In this document: positions 16,656 to 24,263 of the stretch, in pieces | How positions within the stretch are numbered: the stretch's first letter is position 1 | Layout: every line of letters begins with the position of its first letter | Assembly: GCA_964551375.1 (NCBI GenBank) | Contig: CAZKBG010000001.1 | Location: 60,001-92,000, forward strand | Direction: 5' to 3' | DNA: 32,000 nt | DNA from: an uncultured archaeon | Lineage (GTDB): Archaea; Iainarchaeota; Iainarchaeia; Iainarchaeales; JAAZKV01 | Translations under genes and position numbers: made by a program | The notes under the pieces: generated by a model | Seen by the model: only the letters and a program-made list of their open reading frames with translations | What the model was told of the DNA's origin: nothing | Databases searched by the model: none

Positions 16656-17036
16656 TCAATCAATTCTTACTGTAAGTTCTTTTACTTTTTTGCTTTGAAC
16701 GTACTGATAAGAGCCGTTGTAGTGCTCCGCAACAAGGATTGTAATAGTCTCCACTCCTCTGTCAGCATTAGCCGCAGGGTAAACGTGGTAATAATCCCTG
16801 ATTCTTTCGCCCGGTTTAAATGAGTCAATTTTCTTGGTTATTACTCTCATTCTTCCGCCTTTATCAAAAGCAAGCATGTCTCCCCCTCCGATTTCAAGGG
16901 AAACCATTTGTACCTTATTTGAGCCATTAACAAGCTCAATCATTAACTCCAAAGGCTCTCTTCTGGAAAGAACCATTCTAAAGGGAATTAATTCAGCCTT
17001 AACATCTATCATAACTACCACCGAAAAGTTATACAC
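16656..17036 (-). CDS. Hypothetical small protein (126 aa), beta-rich
   Basis: ATG ORF with TATA-like GTTTAATAA (complement of 17052-17060) about 20 nt upstream. No family recognised. Confidence 0.5.
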   Translation of the reverse strand: MYNFSVVVMIDVKAELIPFRMVLSRREPLELMIELVNGSNKVQMVSLEIGGGDMLAFDKGGRMRVITKKIDSFKPGERIRDYYHVYPAANADRGVETITILVAEHYNGSYQYVQSKKVKELTVRID

Positions 17037-17158
17037 TTAATACAAGGGTGGTTATTAAACATTTCCCCTTTGGAAAAAACAAAACTAAAGTTATGTATTA
17101 GTCTTGCCTGTGGGGCTGTTTGCAAAACTATTTATTTGCAAAAGTGCTAATGGTAAAC

Positions 17159-17311
17159 ATGGCTAAATCAAATAAGTTGTCAAAAAATCAAATGATTGCG
17201 GTTGCACTCTTAATCGCTCTTGCGTTGCAATACGTTCCAGTAGTTAATGCGCTTTCCATAATAGGCTCGTTAATTGTTCTTGGAGCAGCAGTTTATTTAT
17301 TGATTAAGTGA
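17159..17311 (+). CDS. Small two-helix membrane protein (about 50 aa)
   Basis: MAKSNKLSKNQMIAVALLIALALQYVPVVNALSIIGSLIVLGAAVYLLIK. The track start TTG 17120 is less likely. CTATTTATTTG lies about 26 nt upstream of ATG 17159, and ATG 17150 is also possible. Confidence 0.45.
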   Translation: MAKSNKLSKNQMIAVALLIALALQYVPVVNALSIIGSLIVLGAAVYLLIK

Positions 17312-17315
17312 ATAG

Positions 17316-17339
17316 GCAGGCATAATTTTTTCTGCCTGC
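17316..17339 (+). terminator. Hairpin GCAGGCA-(10 nt T-rich loop)-TGCCTGC just after stop 17311
   Basis: 7-bp perfect stem, followed by attagttttta. Confidence 0.45.
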
Positions 17340-17373
17340 ATTAGTTTTTATTAAGAAAAGCTGGTATTATTTT

Positions 17374-18390
17374 ATGGCTGATGAGCAAAACCCAGTGCGT
17401 GTTTCAAAAAATGAAAAGTACCGCGGAAAAGTTGTTCAGTTTAGAAACAAAAAAGCTCACCGCGAAGTAATGTCCACTCATTATTCCCTTGATGAGTTAT
17501 TCGGATTTTATAACGCAATGTTTCACACTTATCGAGATATTTATGCGCAGCGCTCCGATGCAATAGTATCTCCTTTGCGCGGTTCGGAGCCTTTAGTGAA
17601 ATCAGTAAAACTTGTTGCAGGGCTTGAAGGGCATTCAAGCGCGCTCCCAAAAGTGTATTATCCAAAAGTGGGGCAGGTAAATTATGGAAAATACTCTGGC
17701 GGAGTAATTCCTCACATAGGGGGAGATTATGCGGTAACCCACAATCAGGTGGAAACAGAGCAAAAGAAAGAAATGAACAGAATTGTTGAAGGGGTATTTA
17801 GAGACGCTCATTATCCAAAGCATCCTAAAAAAAGAATTCTAATCACAGTGCTTGATGAAGTATACAGCGGGGGTTCAATTTCAAAAAATGTCCAGCTGCT
17901 AGAGGAAGCTCTTCAGGAAGTAACCACAAAGAGATTAAAAAAAGGGGGAAAAGTTCCTACTGTTTATATTAGAGTAATTGCAATTGCAAACAAAAATTCT
18001 TACCGCTGCAAAGAGTACCGCTCGCTTCTTTCAAGAGGGATAGTAAAAGAATTTGTTGTTCCAAAACTTTTTACCACTGATTCCCCGCATTTTTTGTATC
18101 CTTTGGTAAAAGAAAGGGCATCGGGAAAATTCCAGTGGCTTAGAAGAGAAAAACCAGTTAAATTAGCTCTTACAAGAAAATCAATTGACGGGCGCTCAAC
18201 TTTGTTTGAAGATTTAGCGTCAATTCACCAGTTAAGAAAACACTGGGGTGTAAAAGACGCGCAGGGATTTAAGCACATGGCAATGCACACTCAAAGAGAG
18301 GTTGCTCTTTTAATGCTTCCAAGACTTCAAAAACGTGCTTATGCGGGCTTTGCAAGAGATATTGGAAGAATTTCAAGATTCAAAAGATAA
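17374..18390 (+). CDS. Hypothetical protein with a possible phosphoribosyltransferase-like (PRPP-loop-like) motif
   Basis: RILITVLDEVYSGGSIS resembles the type I PRTase PRPP-binding loop (4 hydrophobic-D-[DE]-x-x-[ST]-G-x-[ST]). The upstream AIVSPLRGSEPL resembles the PRTase RG loop. No Walker A motif. Confidence 0.4.
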   Translation: MADEQNPVRVSKNEKYRGKVVQFRNKKAHREVMSTHYSLDELFGFYNAMFHTYRDIYAQRSDAIVSPLRGSEPLVKSVKLVAGLEGHSSALPKVYYPKVGQVNYGKYSGGVIPHIGGDYAVTHNQVETEQKKEMNRIVEGVFRDAHYPKHPKKRILITVLDEVYSGGSISKNVQLLEEALQEVTTKRLKKGGKVPTVYIRVIAIANKNSYRCKEYRSLLSRGIVKEFVVPKLFTTDSPHFLYPLVKERASGKFQWLRREKPVKLALTRKSIDGRSTLFEDLASIHQLRKHWGVKDAQGFKHMAMHTQREVALLMLPRLQKRAYAGFARDIGRISRFKR

Positions 18391-18492
18391 AATTTGAATA
18401 CTAATGTTTTGGCTGGTCGCCCTGCAATTTTATATACTTCCTCAACACTAAAAGTTAAAGGGAAAACTCTTTTTCCTTTTTTGGTGGTTTAG

Positions 18493-18972
18493 TTGGCAGA
18501 AATAATCCCTGAAGCAGAATTAATTAGGCGAGAATTTATAGTGAGGCAGATTGACCTCCCAGCTTCAGTAACTTTAACAAAAAAATCGCTTCTAAGATGG
18601 TGCTGTCTCTCGCTTGGCTTAATTTCCCCAAAAGAAACCCGCGACAAGGGATTTTTAGTATTTGACGCGCTCTTTACATTTATCTTTACAAAAAAACAAT
18701 CTCCCACCACAATTGAAATAATGGATTTTATTAAAGAAAAAAACTCCGTTGAAATGAGCGAAAAATTAATCCGCTACCACTTAAACCGCTTAATTGAACT
18801 TGGGGTGATTAAAAGAGACGGACTTACATATTTAATAAATCCTTCTCCTACTTCAGAATCCCGAACTTCAATAAAAGAATCCTACAAATCTTGGGCGAAA
18901 AAACAGCTTGAGGAAGAAATGGACAAAATCAGCGAAGCGCTTGACAAACTACAAAAAAGCTATGAAAAATAG
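18493..18972 (+). CDS. Winged helix-turn-helix DNA-binding protein, first gene of the pilus-like cluster
   Basis: TTIEIMDFIKEKNSVEMSEKLIRYHLNRLIELGVIKRDGLTYLINP is a typical wHTH recognition helix plus wing. TTG start preceded by GGTGG. TATA-like ATTTTATATAC at 18427-18437. Confidence 0.6.
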   Translation: MAEIIPEAELIRREFIVRQIDLPASVTLTKKSLLRWCCLSLGLISPKETRDKGFLVFDALFTFIFTKKQSPTTIEIMDFIKEKNSVEMSEKLIRYHLNRLIELGVIKRDGLTYLINPSPTSESRTSIKESYKSWAKKQLEEEMDKISEALDKLQKSYEK

Positions 18973-18989
18973 GATTTGTTTTAACCTTC

Positions 18990-19014
18990 GCAGGTTTTTT
19001 GCCTGCAATTTTTT
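18990..19014 (+). terminator. Weak hairpin GCAGG-ttttttg-CCTGC followed by AATTTTTT
   Basis: 5-bp stem read directly, 18 nt after stop 18972. It shares the GCAGG/CCTGC arms with the hairpin at 17316-17339. Confidence 0.3.
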
Positions 19015-19096
19015 AGCGTTTTAGTTTAAGGTTTTTCTTTCTAATTACCTTTTTATAGTAAAAGATTGTATTATTCTTGGAAAAATTGGTGTTGTT

Positions 19097-21535
19097 TTGC
19101 CTCCTCTAAAAAAAATGAGTTATGAAGCCAGCCCCGGCGAACTCTATAAAGGAATAACCTCAACAGGCGAAGTTTTTGAAGGCGAAACAAAGCTTGTGAT
19201 GGAAAAAGACCCTGAATTTGTTATTCTTTGCAAAAAAATGTATAAAACTTTTCCCGGATTTGGAGCGGGAGCAAAATTTCCTGAAGAACATTTAGAAGCA
19301 GTGCGATTTCTTGGGTGGCGCTTATCTCCTCAAGAATTTATGGCGGCAGTAAAAGGAACCGCAGTAATAGGAGGAGTGGGCGGATTTATTGCACTCATTG
19401 TTTTAGCATTTGTAGGACTAAGCATTGATTTAGGAATTGGCTCCCCAATAGGACTTGGATTGTTCAGTGAAATGCTCGGCGATTTTGCAATGGTAATAAT
19501 TCTCGCAGGAGGAGTAGTCCTTTTTGGAATTGTGGGCGCAATTGCATACACAATTTATGTAACTCCAATAAACATGGCTGAGGATGAAAGAACAAGAGCG
19601 CTTACGTATGTTCCCGAAATGATTGGATATTTAATAATGTCAATGAAACTTGTTCCAAATTTAGAAAAAGCAATTGAATTCTCCGCAAAGCACGGAAAAG
19701 GAAAAGTTGCGGACGATTTTAACAAAGTTATTTGGGATTTTCAGAACGGATTTTACTCCTCAATCAGCGAAGGGCTTGACGCAATGGCTTTTAGATGGGC
19801 AAAGTACTCCGTTGAACTAAAAGAAGCTTTAATGAAAATAAGGGCAAGTGTAATGGAGCCAAGCGAATCAAAAAGATATTCTCTTTTAGACAAAACAATG
19901 CTTGATGTTCTTGACAGTGTTAAGGATAAAATGGGGGATTATGCAAGAAGCTTAAACCAGCCATCAGTAATGCTGTTCTATATTGGAGTCTTGCTCCCTT
20001 TATTACTTGTAATAATTCTTCCAGTGGGCTCAGCATTTTCAAACATGCCATTTGCAACAACCCCAATTCTTGTTGGAATTTACTGTTTCATGATTCCTTT
20101 CATGGCATTTAGCTTTGCAAAAGGAGTGATTAAGAAAAGGCCTCCTACTTACGAGCCTCCAGTTATTACCGATAATTTTGCAGGACTTCCGCCAAAATGG
20201 TCAATGAAACTTGGCGGGGGAATGATTGACGCGCGTCTTGCAGTAATAGGAATATTAATTTTAGGAATAGCAGGCTCTTTTATTATTTCATTTGAAGGAA
20301 TTCCTCCAAAGCATTTATTTCCAATAGAAGATGGAATATTCCAAGTTCCAATCCAAATAATTCCAGCAGATCCACAGCCAGATGAACTTTACAAAGATTT
20401 TTTAGGCGGAAAGAATTATTTTGAAAAAGTTGTGCTTGATTTGTACGCATTTCAAATAGGCGAAGGATTTGGCGGAGGATTAAAAGAAGGGGAAAGATAC
20501 AAACAGTTGATTAAAGAACAAGTATCTCCAGTAGCAGCAGAAATTCAAGTAGTAAAAGAACGTCTTGATTTTACTTCAAAATCAGCAAGAAACGATCCAA
20601 CAAAATATGTGTTCTGGGCAGGGCTTATTTTAACAATCGCATGCGCTGGAAGCTTCCTTTTGTATCATAGAAATATTTACAAACTCAAAGCGCAGGAGCA
20701 AATTGTTCAAATGGAAGATGAATTCAAAGAATCAATGTACATGATTGCTTCAAGAATGGGGGAGAACAAGCCAGTTGAAAGCGCATTAAAGCAGGCAAAA
20801 GAATATTTGCCAAACCTCTTAGTCAGCAAAAGAATTTTTGGAAAAACCGTTGAAAATATTGAGCTTATGGGACTCCCTCTTGAGAACGCAGTGTTTGACC
20901 CGGTGTATGGAGCAATGCGCGGAATTCCCTCAAAAATTTTAACCACCGCAATGCGACTGCTTGTTGATTCAGTAACTCTTGGAGTGGAAGTTGCGTCAAG
21001 AACCCTAATGTCACTCTCGCTTCAAATGGAAAACATGGACAAGGTAAACAAATCCCTAAAAGACATGGTTTCGGATGTAACAACCACTATGTCCACTATG
21101 GCGATTTTTATTGCGCCAATGGTTCTTGGGATAACTACCGCGCTTCAAAAAGTTGTGCTAAATACACTTGGTAGTGTAGTATCCTCTCCGTCTCTTGAAG
21201 CAACAGGAAGCGTTGGAGACATTAGCGGGGGAGCAGGAAGCCAAATCCTTCAATCCACTGGCCTTGGCGGAGGAATGGGGGATATTAACAGTATTTTCAG
21301 CGTGAGTATAGATGCTTTCCGCTCATTTGCAACTCCTCTTGAATACATGCTGATAATTGGAACATACGTTGCAATGATAGTAATAATTCTAACTTATTTC
21401 ACTGTGAAAATAAAAGAAGACAATGACTTGATATTTAGAGTAACTCTTGCAAAACAACTTCCAATCGCAATGGCGGTTTACTTATTCACAACCGTTGCTG
21501 CAAATTTAATGGTTGGAGGATTGATGTCAAGGTAA
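19097..21535 (+). CDS. FlaJ/TadC/PilC-like polytopic membrane platform protein (two T2SS-F-like cytoplasmic repeats), unusually long at 812 aa
   Basis: There are two helical soluble segments, each followed by TM helices. Segment 1: YVPEMIGYLIMSMKLVPNLEKAIEFSAKHGKGKVADDFNKVIWDFQNG...EGLDAMAFRW. Segment 2: DEFKESMYMIASRMGENKPVESALKQAKEYLPN...ENAVFDPVYG...ILTTAMRLLVDSVTLG. This matches the archaeal FlaJ/TadC layout. No Walker motifs. Start is TTG 19097 (GGTG 5 nt upstream) or ATG 19115. Confidence 0.6.
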   Translation: MPPLKKMSYEASPGELYKGITSTGEVFEGETKLVMEKDPEFVILCKKMYKTFPGFGAGAKFPEEHLEAVRFLGWRLSPQEFMAAVKGTAVIGGVGGFIALIVLAFVGLSIDLGIGSPIGLGLFSEMLGDFAMVIILAGGVVLFGIVGAIAYTIYVTPINMAEDERTRALTYVPEMIGYLIMSMKLVPNLEKAIEFSAKHGKGKVADDFNKVIWDFQNGFYSSISEGLDAMAFRWAKYSVELKEALMKIRASVMEPSESKRYSLLDKTMLDVLDSVKDKMGDYARSLNQPSVMLFYIGVLLPLLLVIILPVGSAFSNMPFATTPILVGIYCFMIPFMAFSFAKGVIKKRPPTYEPPVITDNFAGLPPKWSMKLGGGMIDARLAVIGILILGIAGSFIISFEGIPPKHLFPIEDGIFQVPIQIIPADPQPDELYKDFLGGKNYFEKVVLDLYAFQIGEGFGGGLKEGERYKQLIKEQVSPVAAEIQVVKERLDFTSKSARNDPTKYVFWAGLILTIACAGSFLLYHRNIYKLKAQEQIVQMEDEFKESMYMIASRMGENKPVESALKQAKEYLPNLLVSKRIFGKTVENIELMGLPLENAVFDPVYGAMRGIPSKILTTAMRLLVDSVTLGVEVASRTLMSLSLQMENMDKVNKSLKDMVSDVTTTMSTMAIFIAPMVLGITTALQKVVLNTLGSVVSSPSLEATGSVGDISGGAGSQILQSTGLGGGMGDINSIFSVSIDAFRSFATPLEYMLIIGTYVAMIVIILTYFTVKIKEDNDLIFRVTLAKQLPIAMAVYLFTTVAANLMVGGLMSR

Positions 21536-21609
21536 AGCAGATTACTGCTTGAATGCCTTGGCACTTAACTAATTAAAATTAAATGAAGTTTTGATTTTGA
21601 GGGGATGAA

Positions 21610-22092
21610 TTGGATAACAAAGGACAGGCAGAAGCAGTATTCCGCCTTATGATTGACTCAATAATTGGGCTTGCAATTTTAATGATAATAATAGCATCAA
21701 TAGGCTACTTTGATGAACTAAGATTTATCCAGTCAACTTCTGATTTTAAACAGCTTGTAAAAGATGCAGTAAATTCTCCTGATGGGACTCTTCTCTCCGC
21801 AAAAGAATTAACATTTAAAGACGGCGCAGGATTTGCAGCGGATGACTTTGAAGGATACACAGTAGTAAACAGAAAATGCTTCTCCTTTTTCTCTTCCTTT
21901 GCTTCAGTTGAAGTATCAGATGATGCCCAAGCAGTGCTCTTCAAACAAAGGCTCATTGCTTCGGTAAGCGCAAGGTGCATTCCAAATGCAGCAGCATCTT
22001 CATGCATATCAAGCGTTGATGCTGAAATAACTTCAGACAGCGACTGCTGCTTTAAGTGCGAAATATACTTTGGCAGAGTTCCTCAAAATTAA
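21610..22092 (+). CDS. Prepilin-like exported protein P1 (class III signal peptide), Cys-rich
   Basis: (TTG)DNKGQAEAVFRLMIDSIIGLAILMIIIASI has K-G/Q followed by a hydrophobic helix. SD-like GAGGGGA lies 4-5 nt upstream of the TTG. There are 6 Cys in the mature part. Paralogous to P2 (shared KGQ..VF.LMI...AILM, TFKDG/TMKAG, C-terminal CC). Confidence 0.65.
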   Translation: MDNKGQAEAVFRLMIDSIIGLAILMIIIASIGYFDELRFIQSTSDFKQLVKDAVNSPDGTLLSAKELTFKDGAGFAADDFEGYTVVNRKCFSFFSSFASVEVSDDAQAVLFKQRLIASVSARCIPNAAASSCISSVDAEITSDSDCCFKCEIYFGRVPQN

Positions 22093-22137
22093 TCTTAATT
22101 GGATTAAAACCCTTAATTGCCCGCCAAAAAAGGCAAG

Positions 22138-22145
22138 TTTAAATA
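22138..22145 (+). promoter_or_regulatory. Strong TATA box TTTAAATA inside the operon, about 50 nt upstream of ATG 22191, followed by SD-like AAGGGGGA
   Basis: Read directly. The only pilin-like gene in the cluster with both a consensus-like TATA box and an SD. Confidence 0.45.
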
Positions 22146-22190
22146 CTTCAAAGTTCTTTTTCCTAAAGTGAATTCCTAAGGGGGATTATA

Positions 22191-22727
22191 ATGTTTAAGT
22201 TGAACCAGAAAGGACAGCAGTTCAGTGTTTTTGAGCTGATGATTGCGGGTATTGTAGCTTTTGCAATCTTGATGCTTTTACTCACAATAATAATGAAAGT
22301 TGATATCGGTGGACAGGGCGGAAATCCAAAATCAGTAATTGAAAACGGAATTTCAAGCGCATTGCCATCATCAACAATAACAACAAATAATTTTACAATG
22401 AAAGCCGGAGATGAAGTGACTTCGGAGGATTTGATAAACAAAACAGGGCTTGATGCTTCAAGAATATACTTTGTCGCAGGTCAAATGAAGCTTGATACAG
22501 ATGTAACAATAGTAGAACTCGACGACGGCGGAGCATCTTTAACAAACAAACGCTCAGGCGATTTAAGAGTTAGAGCAAAAGTAATTTGCAAAGCAAATGG
22601 ACTTTCAGTTGCAGGCGCTCTTGAGAGACTAGGAGACAAATATGATGTTTCTTCATTTTCTGATAGCATGTGCGAAGAAGACAATCAGTCATGCTGTGTA
22701 GTAGTGCTTGAAAAACCAGGCAACTAA
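22191..22727 (+). CDS. Prepilin-like exported protein P2 (class III signal peptide), candidate major subunit
   Basis: MFKLNQKGQQFSVFELMIAGIVAFAILMLLLTII. It has its own TATA and SD upstream and a T7 run plus 12-bp hairpin downstream. 4 Cys. Confidence 0.7.
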   Translation: MFKLNQKGQQFSVFELMIAGIVAFAILMLLLTIIMKVDIGGQGGNPKSVIENGISSALPSSTITTNNFTMKAGDEVTSEDLINKTGLDASRIYFVAGQMKLDTDVTIVELDDGGASLTNKRSGDLRVRAKVICKANGLSVAGALERLGDKYDVSSFSDSMCEEDNQSCCVVVLEKPGN

Positions 22728-22731
22728 AGAG

Positions 22732-22770
22732 TTTTTTTGAATAGAAAAGAAGTATTATATACTTCTTTTC
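22732..22770 (+). terminator. T7 run followed by a perfect 12-bp hairpin GAAAAGAAGTAT-tat-ATACTTCTTTTC (22744-22770) just after the P2 stop
   Basis: All 12 positions pair and the loop is 3 nt. It is followed by actatttcttttt. The hairpin apex reads TATTATATA and could double as a TATA element. Confidence 0.5.
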
Positions 22771-22794
22771 ACTATTTCTTTTTGAGAGATTAAA

Positions 22795-22950
22795 ATGTCT
22801 AAGTCAAGCATACTTAAAGAAGAAGCTGCAGCAGGGGATTTTGGCGCGGTTTATATGATATTAGTTTTCGCAATAGTAGCGCTGTTATTGGTTCTAATAG
22901 TAAAGCCGATGTTTCAAAGCGCGCAAAAATCAATCCCAAAAGCGCAATAA
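22795..22950 (+). CDS. Unannotated 51-aa membrane mini-protein P3 (Flp-like layout); below the ORF-track length cut-off
   Basis: My translation: MSKSSILKEEAAAGDFGAVYMILVFAIVALLLVLIVKPMFQSAQKSIPKAQ*. It has a short polar leader ending in G, one strongly hydrophobic helix and a short basic tail. It fills an otherwise empty 290-nt gap in the operon. Confidence 0.45.
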   Translation: MSKSSILKEEAAAGDFGAVYMILVFAIVALLLVLIVKPMFQSAQKSIPKAQ

Positions 22951-23020
22951 TTTTTAATTTTCTAAATTAGTTTTTGTATTTTAGTGGTTTGTTTTAGTAG
23001 TTTAGAGTTTTGGTGTTGTA

Positions 23021-23605
23021 ATGAAGTTTATCCGCAAAAATAAAGGGCAGGTTTCTGCTCCGTTTGAGCTTTTAGTTGCGGTAGTAATAATGGCTTTTGT
23101 AGTAATTGTAGGCTGGAAAGTATTAACCGACGCAAAACTCCAATCCTGCCTTAACACAGTGGATAAATCAATGACTGATTTTAAAATAAATCTTGAAGAC
23201 ACTGCGAATAGAAGAAGCGAGAATTTTTTTAATTTCAGCCCTGACAGGACCTGTTTTTATTCAAAAGATTCCGCAATGAAGATTTATCTTGAAAAGAGTT
23301 CAAGCGTCTGTGCGGCGATATGCAAGCGCCCCGTGCAGGAGTGCTATGTGCTAAAATTTGCAAACCAATCAATTCCAAACGCAGCTAAAAATAAATGCCT
23401 TGAGCTTCCGACTTATACAAGCTTCACCGCGTCAGGCGATTTGTGTACTAATATTGACCAAACTCTTTATCGTGGTTATGAGCCTGTGAATCCGCTTGGG
23501 GATGACGGGGATAATTTAGGAATCGGACAGTATGTTTTCAAGTATGTTGCGCTTCAGGGACAGGCATTCCCGCAGATTTGCATTTGGTTTAGGCCAAGCG
23601 GCTGA
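23021..23605 (+). CDS. Prepilin-like exported protein P4 (class III signal peptide), 8-Cys domain
   Basis: MKFIRKNKGQVSAPFELLVAVVIMAFVVIVGW. The mature domain has 8 Cys. Paralog of P5. Confidence 0.7.
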   Translation: MKFIRKNKGQVSAPFELLVAVVIMAFVVIVGWKVLTDAKLQSCLNTVDKSMTDFKINLEDTANRRSENFFNFSPDRTCFYSKDSAMKIYLEKSSSVCAAICKRPVQECYVLKFANQSIPNAAKNKCLELPTYTSFTASGDLCTNIDQTLYRGYEPVNPLGDDGDNLGIGQYVFKYVALQGQAFPQICIWFRPSG

Positions 23606-23619
23606 TGAAGTGATAAAAT

Positions 23620-24162
23620 ATGCTTGAAAAAATAATCCTTGCAGTGATTCTAATTGTTGCCGTGATTGGAGTAGTATACTACGGTCAGGACATTACCCCC
23701 GCTCTTGGGGCAGGGTGCAGCAATAATTCAAAGTTAAGCATTGAATCCTCAATTAAGGAATTTCGAATGGGGATCGAAACGGCAATGAAAGGCTCTGATT
23801 ATGAATTTACATTTGCTCCTGATAGGGACTGCTTTGAATCAAAAGACTCTTCATTTAAGATTGAGTACATTACAAACATGTCGCTTTGCGGAGCGCTGTG
23901 CGATAATCCAGAAGATGAATGCAGAATGCTTGTTTACACAAACCCCACAGGATTTCCTTACAATAAAGTATCAACTTTTTGCATAAATAATTCAAAGTAC
24001 ATGGGGTTTGCTTTTGACAATGCTTCATGCGGAAATATTCCCCAAGGATACGTTCCAATAAATCCAATTAAGGAGGATTTAAATTCAGGGAAATACTTGA
24101 TTAGGAATATGTCGCTTCCGCAGAACTCTCCTCGGATTTGCATATTGTATAAAGCAAGCTAA
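23620..24162 (+). CDS. Exported/membrane-anchored 8-Cys protein P5, a paralog of P4 that lacks the K-G-Q prepilin motif
   Basis: N-terminus MLEKIILAVILIVAVIGVVYYG is a hydrophobic helix with no [KR]GQ. It shares FxPDRxCFxSKDSxxKI, CxAxC, xEC, GYxPxNP and xICI with P4. All 8 Cys are collinear. Confidence 0.7.
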   Translation: MLEKIILAVILIVAVIGVVYYGQDITPALGAGCSNNSKLSIESSIKEFRMGIETAMKGSDYEFTFAPDRDCFESKDSSFKIEYITNMSLCGALCDNPEDECRMLVYTNPTGFPYNKVSTFCINNSKYMGFAFDNASCGNIPQGYVPINPIKEDLNSGKYLIRNMSLPQNSPRICILYKAS

Positions 24163-24181
24163 CTTAGCAAGTTGAAGTTTG

Positions 24182-24218
24182 GCGGGTTAAGTTAAGTAAG
24201 TGGGTTTAAGTTAAGAAA
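24182..24218 (+). repeat. Tandem direct repeat GCGGGTTAAGTTAAGTAA / GTGGGTTTAAGTTAAGAAA in a 101-nt intergenic gap inside the operon
   Basis: Read directly. The surrounding gap (24163-24263) is saturated with AAGTT(A/G)A units. Confidence 0.6.
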
Positions 24219-24263
24219 GTTAAACAGGATGAAGTTAAAGGTTATTTTCAAAAAGGTGTTAAG

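Noticed and set aside
2627-18390. Similar basic N-termini of the GGDEF protein (MHQNP...MRGKRVKITN) and the PRTase-like protein (MADEQNP...YRGKVVQFRN)
   Set aside because: The match is short (QNP plus RGK.V...N) and has different spacing. It is plausible by chance among Lys/Arg-rich N-termini.
17374-18972. Retron-like or defence module (PRTase-like plus wHTH)
   Set aside because: No reverse transcriptase ORF and no msr/msd-like structured repeat is visible nearby. The PRTase call is itself weak.
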